64,000 nt of DNA from Octopus vulgaris (taxonomy: Eukaryota): the NCBI GenBank assembly GCA_951406725.2, contig OX597816.1, positions 118,172,001 to 118,236,000 on the forward strand, read 5' to 3'. Below, in pieces: positions 39,638 through 52,882 of this stretch (positions within the stretch are counted from its first letter, which is position 1; every line of letters begins with the position of its first letter). The notes under the pieces were generated by a model. It ran no database searches, was not told the DNA's origin, and was given only the letters and a program-made list of their open reading frames with translations. Made by a program: the position numbers and the translations under genes.

Positions 39638-42600
39638 TACATATACACACACACACAAACACATAAAACACACACATGCTTGGATCTCTGATTTGGTTAT
39701 GGTCCAAGAGTATTATGGTTTGAATCAATGTTTATTTGAATAAAATAAAATTTTAAAATATACACTATTCATAATAATAATAATAATAATATTAATAGAA
39801 AATATGTCCCCAGTTGGAAAAAGTCATAAGCTTGATGTCGTTTGTAGAAACTTTGCTCTCCAAACTGATTATTCTTCTCACTTAATGCCATCAAAATTAC
39901 AGTCACAGCATCAATCATGTATGGACTCCTCCAGCTTGCTATGTGTTCAAATCATATAATAGAGGTAGGTGAGGTGGTTTTAGTGTTGCCATCATAAAGG
40001 ACCTGACTTGAATCAGGGAAAATAACAGTTCTATTAGTCATTCAGTCACTTTGAGTGTTACATATGTTACATTCGATGTGTGTGTTACAAATATGTTTCC
40101 TACATTTATATTTCCATCTATTTTACATTTCCTGATCTACTTACAAAAAATATAAACATAGTATAAGCTGTATGCACTGGCCTGGGCAATTTATATCTTC
40201 TTTTTTTCTTTGAAAGACCAGCAGTAATCCATGCATGCAAGATTTCCTTCTTTATACTACTAACACTGACCAAGAGAAAGGTACCCACTTTAGGGCTGAT
40301 ACAGTTTGGTGTCAGTGTAATTGCAGGTGTTGCCATCAGAATGCAAAGGACAGAAAAGAAGCCACAAAGCATCTTGTCTGATGTTCCAACAGTCCTACTA
40401 ATTCACACATGGGTTAAGTACTATTATGAAGTAAACTAAAACACACCCTTAACCTTTAGATAAGAAGGATTTTTTTTTTAATTGTTTCTTGTATTTTAGC
40501 TCTCTCACACATGCACACTAAACTTCACAAAAGAGATAATTAAGCAGAAAAACAGGTAAAAATATAAGCCTTTATTATAATTCAAAATTTAAATACCATA
40601 AAGTACTGAACCTCACTAAGTGAATAGCAACAACTTCAACAACACACTGATGTGTCCTTAAACTAAGGCAAATTTTTGACCAATCTAAGATTAAGAGATA
40701 ACAGCATTATCACTCATGTTTACTGTGTTGCCTAACACCATTACCATTCACAGTTACTTCTAATATAACAGTGATATCATCAATGTTTACTTCATGTCTA
40801 ATTACATTGCCACTGACAGTTACTTCCTACATAAAAGCATTACAACCAAATATTCACCTTCCACATTAGCATCATTACTAGCAACAGTTACCAGCCCATT
40901 ACCTCCCTTCACCCACAATTATTTGCAAAGGCGCATATAGTTGTGCATGTTGCTTTTTGACATGACATGCATCCTGTGCTGTTAAAGTATGTATCGTACG
41001 AAGACTAGATCAATAAACTAACTATTGGTGTGAATCAATAGCTAGTTTGTTTGGGTTTTTTTTCCTTTTTTTATGGGTGGTTTAAATGGTAAGCAATGAC
41101 ATACATTAGCATATTTTGAATAGCTAATGAGGAAGCAAAGACTCAGAATGTATGTAACATAGTATTTACCAATTCTTTGATTCACAGAAACATCTCACAT
41201 GTTTCAGGATATAGCTGTGAGAGGAGGGTTAAATAAAATCATCATCACCATCATCTTACATACATATTCTACATTTCACCAATATAGAGAAAAATATTGA
41301 TGACCGAATCACTCTCAGTTCAAATCTATTTGAAAAATAAAATGAAAAGAACCTTATATTCCAACTCTTCATATAAACTACAGTTAGTGCAACCAAACCA
41401 GTTTTCCTTTTAAATTATAACCACAAGAAATTAATACAAAATTCTTTTAGATTCAAATTTTTTTTAGGATTTAATTTGCATTTTTCTTAGAAAAATATTT
41501 AGTTTAGATTGATATATATATAATTTTTGTTTTGTTTAGTGAATTTTATGGCCAGCTTTCATTATTTTTTTCTTTTCTTTTCATTTTTGATTTCATTCAG
41601 AAAGCAAATTCTTAGACAAAACTAACATAGCTTGTACTTTTATCTAAAATTATGATTAAAAAAAAACGTTTATGATATAAAACAGATAAAGCCTTGAAGA
41701 ACTTTCAATAATTTAGAAGTTTGGCAACAGAAAGAGAAAAAAGTAAAAGATCTAAACTTATTCCTTACACAAACTTTTTTACATTTAATAAGTATGATAA
41801 TAAGTTAACAGCAAATTAGTCAGGCATAAATTAAGTGTAAACAAATAATCATTGATGTAAAAGGATGGTTTACAACCCAAATTAAAATCTATATTTAATT
41901 TCAATTTATTAGAATTGTATTAATCAGTAAACTAATCAACATAGGACTTATCTCATACATGTGGAATAACTAAAATCAGTTGATTGGATTTTCTTAATTA
42001 GCTACATCTATGGATAAAGGATTAACTCCAGTAACTACAGAACTCTCATAAATTGATAATGATACTATTACTGTTTTCTGCACTGAACCATACTATCTCA
42101 TGGTACCTCTTTACTAGTAGAAGGAGTGGGCCATTGATGGTGGTTAAGTGTTTGGCCATGGACCTATTCTAAAGACAGTAAGTGGATATGAATGATCTAG
42201 CATTCATCAAAAGACTCGCACGCTATCAACACAGCCAGCTGTGACAGTAAAATCCTACCCAAGAACAAACAGTTAGATAGGAAGGAAGCTAAACATTTTT
42301 GAAACTGAAGATACGTTAAAAAAAACCAATTTACTTATATAATAATAATAATTTTTAAAAATCAATGAAGAAAAATGAAGTGAAATTCAATTAAAAAAAC
42401 AAGTGGAAATAAATATATCAATATATATAGATATATAAAGCTGTATATAAAATTGCAAAGTTATTGATAATGCATGTTGTATTTGTTTTTTATCTTCAGC
42501 TGTTATCCAACTTTTGATAGAGGGACATCTGCAGGAAAATGACTATGTATGGCAGGTAATTATTTAACCAATCACCATAATGGAATATAGGAATAGCAGT

Positions 42601-45600
42601 ATATCACAGAAATCTCTTTAAATGATGATTAAATGAGAGAAAGTGTACAGTTTTGTGTAGAAACACTTTCTAAGTGGAAAGTCAGGTTAATTAATGTAAC
42701 TAATGATGAAGTGAAGACAACGATAGCCATAAGAAGTAAACAAGTGATTGTTTGTTTGTTTCTTATCTTTCTAATATCACTTAGAGCAAACCTATTGATA
42801 CCCACCCCGCCAAAAAAAAAAATAATTATAATGACATATGAAGAGAGAGAGGGGGGAGAGAGAGAGAGAGAAAAAAGGCACAAAACTCTTAATGTTTGAG
42901 GATATTGAAATTTAAAAAAATAAAAAATTGACATCATATGTCTTGTTATGGAAAATGGAGAATTTAATGATAGAATGCTGGAAATAATTAAGTCTGACTT
43001 TCAGAAATTTACAAAAATATTCCATTGAAATAGATTACAAAAAAAATAAATAAAAATAATAATAATAAATAAAAACTTGGAACTGGATAAACACATACAC
43101 TCCAACAGCTATTAACCCGTCATGTCATTGTATTTATAAGCAAGCCTTTCAAAAACCAAGCTTAAAATATACTTGTTGAAAAAAAAATTATTTGTAAGGA
43201 AGAATAGAAGAGTAGCAAACTTTACATGGCAGAACTAGAAAGGAATTTTTTTTCTTTTTCCTTTTTTTTCAGTTGTCTCTTGCTAATTAACCCCAAATAT
43301 ACAAACTTGAAAATGCTGATTCTTAGATCAGTCACACAATCAATGAAATACTCATGAAAGTGATCAGAAAATTATTTGGAAACCAGCTTTCTTCTCATAC
43401 ATACACCTAAAAACAGGAATACTGGCATCAAGCCAGGAAGAAGAGCATCATAGAAAAGAACTATTTTAAAGTGTGTGTGTGTGTGTGTGTGTGTTTGTGT
43501 ATAATGCTCTATCAAGTAAAGTGTGTGTTTCTATGTAGTTAATTTTTTCAAAAGAGCAGCTTAATATTTTATCAGGCTTACAAGCTAGTCATAAAATTTA
43601 TACCTAACACAATGAAAAAGTACAACTGGCTTTCTGATACCTGGGTGAAATTCAGTCACCATGTACCAAATACTGCACTTTAGCTTCTAATGTTTATTTT
43701 TATATTGCAGTTGGTGAATATTAGTGTCATTGGTTACAGGTTACACACAAGCCAATCAGGAATTCATTAAATTTCCAATAGTGAGAGTGACAAGGGAGTG
43801 TCTGTAAACTTGATGCCAAACAAACATCATAGAAAACATAATTTGAAAAGCACTATTTTTCTTTTTTTTTTTTATTTCTTGCTAATATTGACATCTTTTA
43901 CTGGTATACACACACGCACACACACAAACACACACTATGTGTGCTTGTGTGCATTTGTAGCAAGGTTTTGTAGGAACCTGTGTGTATACCAACAGAAGTG
44001 AGCAGTTGAAAAACATTTAGATGTCTCTATAGGTTACTCTAAGGTAAATATATGCACAGTTTCTTAATGCTGGATCATATGAAATTCTTTCTATTCATTT
44101 ATTCCACATAGACATTCATCATAGATCTCACTAATTTCTCTCTAGTTGCAGTGCACTCTCATAGAATAAATTGTCTGTATTAGAGGGTTTAAGGTGTCCC
44201 TTGTGAGGTTTGTGTATGTGTGCTTAATTATCATAAACATACACACATGACAGTCTTCTGCATATTTTCCCTCAAACAAATTCTGTTTATATGATATTAG
44301 TCAAACCAAGGCTATGATACACTATGCAGTGGGTTAGAGCCAAAAATGAACTTAAACCGAGTAGTCACATTTCAACATAGTTAATAAAACATTAAAAACC
44401 CACTGTCTGGAAGAAAATTGGCCTTCATTTAGTATTCCAACAACAAAAAATGCCTTCAGCAATAGAAAGAATTCATCCAAGCATGTAGTATTATAATGCT
44501 AGTATATGAAGAAACTCCATACCACTGTAGTCACTTGGAAATCTCAGATAATCTCAGATTTCAAAAGTAAAGCCTGGAAACTTTTCTGTTCACTAAATCA
44601 ATCTAGAAAACCTGAGACTACTAGACTTTCAAATAACTTGTACCACTGACCAAGTATTCTGAAACAACTATTTTGGCTGGCAACCTGAGCAATAGGTATT
44701 AGCTACTGAAATATTATCATCACCAATATCACAGAAGTTAATCTAGAACAGAAGGAAACAAATCAAATCAAACCCTATGAAAAAATAATCAAAATTTTAC
44801 ATAAAGTAAGAGAATAAGAATAGTAACTTGAATCTATAAATTAAGTAGAGACAATAGTAGATATAGCAAACATTCTTGAATGAAAGTCTCATGTCAAAAG
44901 TAAGGAGAAATCTAATTTAGCAAAGTTAAGCTAATAATTATTGATAAATGCCCAAAATCTTTTCTGAAAACAAATACCAGTGTTTGATGCCAAATTTGGT
45001 AAAAATTAATATTATAACAAATTATAAATCAACTTGTAAATAAACTGATCAAAGGAAATTCCAAAGCAAATTAAAGAAACAAACAATTTAAAGAATTAAC
45101 CCTTCCTGTAAGGTGGAAAAAAGGAAAGATAGAGCATGCATCAGCCATTTTAGAAAGTCAGAACAAGGAAATGTCTTGAAGATAGAGCAAAAGTTAATGT
45201 CTTCTCTAACTGTATATGTTAAAGAATTTTATACACATTGCCATAACCTTTTTAAGCCTCAAAATACAAATCTACATATATACATATGGCCCAGCTAATA
45301 TGTTTACATTTACACCATAATTTTCAGTGAACAAAGCTGCATAACAAAATGCTTCCATGGTATCATAGAAAAGATATATTAAAATGAGAATAGGACAGCT
45401 TGATATACATCATAAGTATACAGACAATCAGTGGAAGAACAACGCATTTCAATAAGTTTCTATTTGGGTCAACTAGAAATACACACATATATAAACCTGC
45501 ATAAAAGAAAATGTTCAGTGCCACCTAAACTATAAGAGAGAGTCTTTCCCCTTTGTACAATAGCCAGTAATTTCTCGATTTCAAATGAGGCACCTATATA

Positions 45601-48600
45601 GATTTCATACAAAGGTACAAAAATATCACATTTTCAGGGGATTAAGAAATAGGTTCTATGACATGCATGTCTTTCTCCAGGTCATATCAGTGACTAATAA
45701 AACTATACATGCATAAATATAAATACATATACAAGGAGAGACACTTATTCAGAAGTAAATCCAAGGGAATGTATATGAACACAAGCACATGGAAAACAAA
45801 ATGAAAAAAAATGTAAAAAACTTGTAAATCTAAGCTTTAAAAGAAATATGACAATTCAAATGGGATGTCTCTAAAGCTCCTTTAAACATGAATGCTACTG
45901 ACTGTGATAATGCAACATTAATAAATAATAGATTAAAAGTAGTCAATTCCAGGTAAAAAAAAACTTTCAATATTAGAGATAATTATAGAGAATAAGGTAA
46001 ATAAAAAATCTTGAATGTAGACAATCAGAATAGGAATATGTCCATGGTAACCTTCCAGTAGCAAGATAGTGTACACTGGAAAAATAGCACAGCTCTAGAA
46101 ACATCAAATTTCAATAATTAAGATCAAAACAAAATTCCTGAGCACAATTTCTGGTACAAATCCTCAACTACAAAAACACTGCCGATCAAGACTCATTTGT
46201 GTAAGGAGGATGACAAAAATCCTCAACTATACTATACAGAAGAATTACATCTGACATAAAACAGAGCATTTATTTTGTTTTGATGTTGGGATCCTCACTA
46301 CTACTTCACAGTCCAGGAATGAAACATCCATTAGCAAACTTAATAGAATATAGGCACATGGTTTTGAATCAAGAAGAATGAAAAACATATATTATATTAA
46401 AAAGTTTCCTCCTTCTTAATTCCAACTAGCTACAACCAGAACCAAAGAAAGAGCTTACAAATAGATATCATTTCTACTCCTTTGTACCCTCAGTCTCCAC
46501 CAAAATTAAAGACGAAATAAGCCTTCATTTCAATGAATTAAATAAAAAACTTTTTAAAAGAAAATCAGAACAAGAAAAAATGTTAGAGGTAGAGAAATAC
46601 AGAAAAAAAGATAAGTAAAAACGGAAAAGAATATAGTGAACTTTGCTGCAAGAAAGCTTCTAATAGTTGTAGACTAATTTATACAACTGTAATGAACCAT
46701 ATTTTAGACATACTTTAAATAGATGCAATGGCTTTGATATTTGTTATAATCTTAAATAAAAAGACAATATTCAGTCTAAAGCATGATATCCAGCAGACTA
46801 GAGTCACAGATATGAAAAAATAAAAAATAAACAACAGAATATAAATAAAGGCACCACATATTAAATAAAAAATAAACTAATTCTTATATCTATGTGTTAT
46901 GCATATAGAAAAGAAGCATTGGTCTAACAAACACAAAAGTCATATCAATTAATCAATATAGAGGTTGATTAACAGATTTTTCTAAATTATACAAGTGTTT
47001 GGTTTTAATTTATTTAAAAAATTAAACTCAATCAAAAATTTATTTTTAAAGAAATGTTCATGTATAAAATGCCAATTATGAAACTTAAGACAAGAAAAGG
47101 TATGATTCCCCACTCAACAATGATAATAATAATAATAATTTCAGGGGAAGGGGCTAGTCAATTACATTGATCCCCAGTACTTAACTGGTACTTTATTTTC
47201 TCAACCCTGGAAGGATGAAAGGTAAAGTTGTCCTTGGCAGGCTCTGATCTCAGAACAAATCTTTGAGAAGAGTGGGGGGAGTCGAGTACATCAACTCCAG
47301 TACTTGTTTGGTACTTATTTTATCAATCATGAAAAAGGTGAAAGGCAAAGTTGACTTCTGCAGAATTTGAACTCAGAACATATATCCAGAAGAAATGTTA
47401 CTAAGCATTTTGTCCAGTGTGGTAACAGTTCTGCCAGCTTGATACCTCAATGACAATATTAATAATGTTGATTTCAAATTTTGGCACAAAACCAGCGATT
47501 TTTGTTGGTTTTGTGGTTGGGGAAGTGGTTAGTCAATTAGATTAACCCCAGTACTCCAAAAGGACAAAAAGCAAAGCCAACTGAACTCTGAACATAAAGA
47601 GACAGAAGTAATGTAATGTAATAATAATAATAATAATACAATTAAAAGAAAAAAGCAAAGCAAGTATGTTGCTTTAATATGTTCCTCTATAAAAAAAAAA
47701 AATGAAATAGTAAATATATCCATAAAGATGAAATCTAGTCATTATCAAAAAACAAAGTAAACTAATGATTCTATCTTTTCTTTTTCCAAACAAATAGTTT
47801 CTTCACCTTTTCAAATATCAACTACCTGAGACCACTTCTGGTCTTAAGATATTAAATTTCACATTTCTAAAGTGCTCAATATTTAAATAATAATGTTGCA
47901 TCATAATTTTATAAGAGCCTTTTGATGTGTTCCAAACACCAACTTAGCAACGCCAATTAATAAAAATGTTAATTCAATTAAATTAATTCCGGTTTTTAAT
48001 TATTTCCAAAAGTAATTGAAATATAAACAGTACATTTCATTAATGATTTAAATAAATGGAGACAAGAGATTTAGAATAAAACTTTTTAAAATCAGACTTA
48101 AGAGAAAATTACTTCTATTTGTCTTTCAACAGAAACAGATTAGTGAAATGGTTTTGATATGACACACATTTACAAACTGCTAGCAAACTTGAATGAACAG
48201 AAAGAAATAGGATTGCAAGTGTTGTAAACTATGATACAATGTCCAGCAGTTGATCGTCTGCCAAGGATCATATACTCAACATTACCTATATATATATTAT
48301 GTAAATGAGTCATATTAAACAGTATTTAAGATGGCATATGAATATGAGTAAAGAATTTAGAATTCTGTTTACACATACACACACTAAAGATGAAATGATT
48401 AGTTTTACGAGCATCATGTCTAAGTGAATATTTAAATATTTATCTTAGTGTAAAAAAGAAAAGAAAAATTAAAAACTTTAAAATAATGGAGGTGACTTGT
48501 TTTACAGTTTTGCTAAATTTCCAATAACAGAAAATACAACCAAACTACTTTGAGAAATTCAAATAACTCATGGCTATCAAATTTGAGTGCTACCAATGGG

Positions 48601-49344
48601 ATATGGGCAAAAATTAACCAAAAATCCTTACAGTCACAACAATGTAAGAACTAATCTACAAGGAAATGGGAAAATAAACTGTAATTAAGAGCCTTATGAA
48701 ACAAAATAAAGACTTGTCGGAGAGGGAGGGGTCAATGAATTATATTAAAGACATCTAACACAGATTATGTAATTATCTAATAGAAAAGAAGGCAGTTTAT
48801 ATAGAAGAAAATCTTAAATTCATATTTAACTTTTTTCTAGTTTAGATTATACTATTTTACAAGTTTCAGTCGCTGGACTGTGGCTATGCTGAGGGATTAC
48901 CTTGAAGGATATTTTTTTTAGTCATATCATCCTCAATATTTATTTCGGTTTGATTATCAATTTATCAATATATTTATTGAAATAAGTAAATTAACTTCAT
49001 ATATACACTTGCTATTATGAGCCAATGAGGTAGCCTCAGAAAAGGTCATTCGACCTGAAAGAAACAGCAGGCAAATTAACGTAGTCTTGAAGAGAAGACA
49101 GGTGGCAAAGCTGGAATGTCTTTGATCAAAGGTTTGCTCAACTGGGGGTCAAACAACAACATTTGCTATCAACTGTTTGAACAAGGAAACATTCACTAGG
49201 CTTGATCCTTCAGCACACTCAAACCAAGCCAGAAACAGTTGTTGAGACAATTTTGATATTTCAAAAGTAATAGTAGCAACAATAAGAAGAATCAGTTCAT
49301 TAGCCACAAAGGCAAAATCATAGAGAAAACAAGACTAATAATTG

Positions 49345-49400
<56 letters not shown>

Positions 49401-49431
49401 TCCACGATGCTTGTGCAAACTACAACAGATA

Positions 49432-49475
<44 letters not shown>

Positions 49476-50069
49476 TATATAAATTTTGTAGGGCATTCAA
49501 AGTTAGGATCTAATCTGAGATCAAATACTATACCAGGTAATACAGTCCATCTGTCTTTCCCATGATATAACTTTGTTATAGGAAGGTTCATTAGTGTCTA
49601 TTTTCTTGATATCTATATGGCAATTATTTCAGAATAAGTTCAAGACAAATACAAAGTTAGCCTTTTATCACTAGGCAACAGTCCAGTCATAAATACAAGA
49701 AAGACTTATATCTTTCAGGATACTATCTCGCCTCCTTTTCTAACCCATTAAAAAAGAAAAGACAGGAAAAAAATAAATAAAAAAGAAAGAACAAAAGAGA
49801 GAAAGAAGAGTAAAAGATGTAGGAGCAATAAAATAACTAGGAATAAAGGAGGCCAGATATGAATGAAATACGAGTTTGTTGGTTTGAATATTAAATATAT
49901 AATTTACTGTTAAAAGCATGTATGTAAACAACCCGCATATGAAAATTTAACAATCAGGCAGCAGACATCATTCTCACTCACACACATCATGCAGCAGGCC
50001 CCTGAAGTAATCTGATCCGCTCTAACAGACAGGTGAGAAAAAAAGAAAAAAAATCATCAGATTGTAAGT

Positions 50070-50101
<32 letters not shown>

Positions 50102-50793
50102 TAGGTAGCAGAAGAGGTGGGGAGAAAAGGAAACACACAATAAAGGGGAAGGAGGGGGGAATCACGGCAGATGGGAAATAAGATAGGGGTGAGGGAGTGA
50201 CATGGTGGGAGAAGAGGTCTTCTTTTTCTTCCTTTTCTTCTTAGAATGGCAACTGTATTTCTGTAATTTGTCCTCTGCAAGCAACAAGTCTCAGCAAACA
50301 CTCACCCAGTCCACACCCAGGTAGAGAAGAAGTACAAGGTTGCTGTGCTAGTGGCATTCCCTTGCAGTTGTAGCACTTGCTGTTTGGTGACAAAAGGTTG
50401 TCGTCCTCGGGTGACGGGTTTCTCGACGTAGATCCTGTGGCATCACTGAGCTTTGTGTCTTCCTTCCACTTGTGCGCACAAACATACATTCATTCATTCA
50501 TTCATCCAGTCATATGCTCGTTCGTTCAACCATTCATTCATGCTTGCTACAAGTAACATATTTATATAGATATAGATAGATACACATACATACATACAAA
50601 TGTATATGTATGCATGCATGCATGTATGTATGTATGTATGTGTGTGTGTGTGTGTATATATATATATGGAAATATATATATATATGTGTTTGTGTATGTG
50701 TGTGTGTGTGTGGATATATATGTGTGTGTCTATATATATAGACACACACACACATACATACATACATATCATATTTGTATGTGTGTGTGTGTT

Positions 50794-50832
<39 letters not shown>

Positions 50833-51173
50833 TTATACATAATCATTTATAACTATATATCTTATATAATTATATATATATTTATCAAATATAATCACAT
50901 TTATATATATATATCAATTTAATAAGACATACATATATAATGCATGTCATATATATATCATATATAATAGATATATGCACACACACACACACATATACAT
51001 GCATACTGTTATACATATACATAATCATAGGTGTATATATATATATATACACACACACACATACGCCCACACATCATATATAATCATATATATATGCATA
51101 TATAATTACATGTTGATATAAGTAGAGATTTCATCACAGTACATCGTTGGTCAGTAGCTTTGCTCGCTAACTG

Positions 51174-51281
51174 TCAAAGTATTACACAACAGCGACAATA
51201 TCTTTGTCGCCCTCCCCCAACTGATGGGGGTGGTGTCACTGGTGCAAAATATGCATGAACTTTGATGGCTGGCAAATGATT
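51174..51281 (-). CDS. FBXL20: FBXL2/FBXL20-type F-box/LRR protein, terminal coding exon (NHLPAIKVHAYFAPVTPPPSVGGGRQRYCRCCVIL*)
   Basis: Acceptor ttttttcttcttttcacag; the peptide closely matches the vertebrate FBXL2/20 C-terminus, including the CaaX box; TGA at 51176-51174. Confidence 0.96.
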   Translation of the reverse strand, partial: NHLPAIKVHAYFAPVTPPPSVGGGRQRYCRCCVIL

Positions 51282-52669
51282 CTGTGAAAAGAAGAAAAAA
51301 CAAAAATAATCTTAGTGTTACAATTTAGATAGATTAGAACAATTTAAAATTTCCTTCTTAATTTAAATCTTGCTACTAGTGACATGTAAACACATAAAGG
51401 GCACCTGTGTTGGTGACATGTAGGAGGGAACTATGCTGGTAACAAGTAGAAGGGAACTATGCTGGTGACATGCAAAAGGCACCTGTGACATGTAAAAGGC
51501 TCCCATGACACATAAAAGGAACCTGTGGTGGTAACATGTAACAAGGACCTGTGCCAGTGACATGTAACAGGGAACTGTGCTGGTGACAAGCAAAAGACAC
51601 CCAGTTCACTCTATGGAGTGGTTGGCATTAGGAAGGGCACCCAGCCTTAGAAATCAAGCCAAAATTGACTGGAGCTTGATATAGTTCTCCAACTTACCAG
51701 TCTAGTCAAACCATCTTATCCATACCAGCATGGAAAATAGATGATGTTGATTGTGGTGGGGGTGGTGGTGATGATAATGATAGGGGTGATGAAGTGGTGA
51801 CATAATCACAGATGGGACAGCTCCAGATGCTTGGAAAGCCTCACTAGATTTAACGTTGACTTTTTTTTCATTTACTAGTTTCAGTGCCATTGGAATATAG
51901 CCATGTTAGGACACTGCTCTCAAGAGTATTGTATAATATAGTTTACCCACCCACTTTTTCTGTTCCTTTGTCCTATTTCTGTCTCCCATATTCACCTTGC
52001 ACCTAGACACTTGTTCACGTCCTTCAATCCTACTTCCACATCCCTCAAAACTATACCCCTCTCAGTTGAGGAGGATCTTGTTTTGTTGGCACTTGGTGAC
52101 TACACCAATTCTGGTGCCACAAAATATATTAAAAAAAAGCACCCAGTACACTCAGTGAAGTGGTTGGCATTAGAAAGGGAATCCAGCTGTTGAAACCATG
52201 CCAAAGCACACATTGGAGATCAGCACAGCTCTCTGGCTCTTTAGTTCATGTTGAACCATCCAACATATGCCAGCATGGAAAAGGAATAATAAATGACAAT
52301 GATGGTCATGGTGGTGGTAGTGATTATACAGGCCCTACTATTTAATTTTATTGACAGGTTTGTTTTACTGGCTTCAGAAGGATGAAAAGCAAAAAAAAAA
52401 CAGAAAAAAGGTAAACAGGATACCATCCATATGCAAGCTTACAATGGAATAGCATAATTCATACTGCATTCAGCCACACAATTGTTGTATCATTATTCAT
52501 ACAAAGATACAAAACAGTAGCAATAAGATAATCTACTCACAGACCTACCACTCAATATCAAAACTACCATCTACACAAAGGCATATCATCCAATATAACC
52601 ATCTACACAAAGACCTATAATCCAGTATTGCTATACAACCATCACAAGGCAATTATCCAACAAACTTAC

Positions 52670-52882
52670 TTTTAATCTGCGAATACCAGGTTTAGTGATT
52701 AATTGACAATCATAGAGCTCTATTCGCTGCAGGCACTGGCAGCCAGTCAAATGTTCTAGGGAAGCATCCGTGATAAGAGGGCAGTTGTCCAGTTCCAAGA
52801 CAGATAGGTGTTCAAGAGCACAGGCACTTGTGCCTAAATGACGGATTCCATCATCAGTGACAAGTTCACAGTGGGAAAGACT
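52670..52882 (-). CDS. FBXL20: FBXL2/20 exon (SLSHCELVTDDGIRHLGTSACALEHLSVLELDNCPLITDASLEHLTGCQCLQRIELYDCQLITKPGIRRLK)
   Basis: Acceptor tttttcag, donor gtaagt, 213 nt, phase 0; cysteine-containing LRRs typical of FBXL2/20. Confidence 0.97.

Noticed and set aside
40925-41010. Weak hairpin with tgcatg repeats as a possible miRNA
   Set aside because: The stem is too short and I recognise no mature miRNA sequence.
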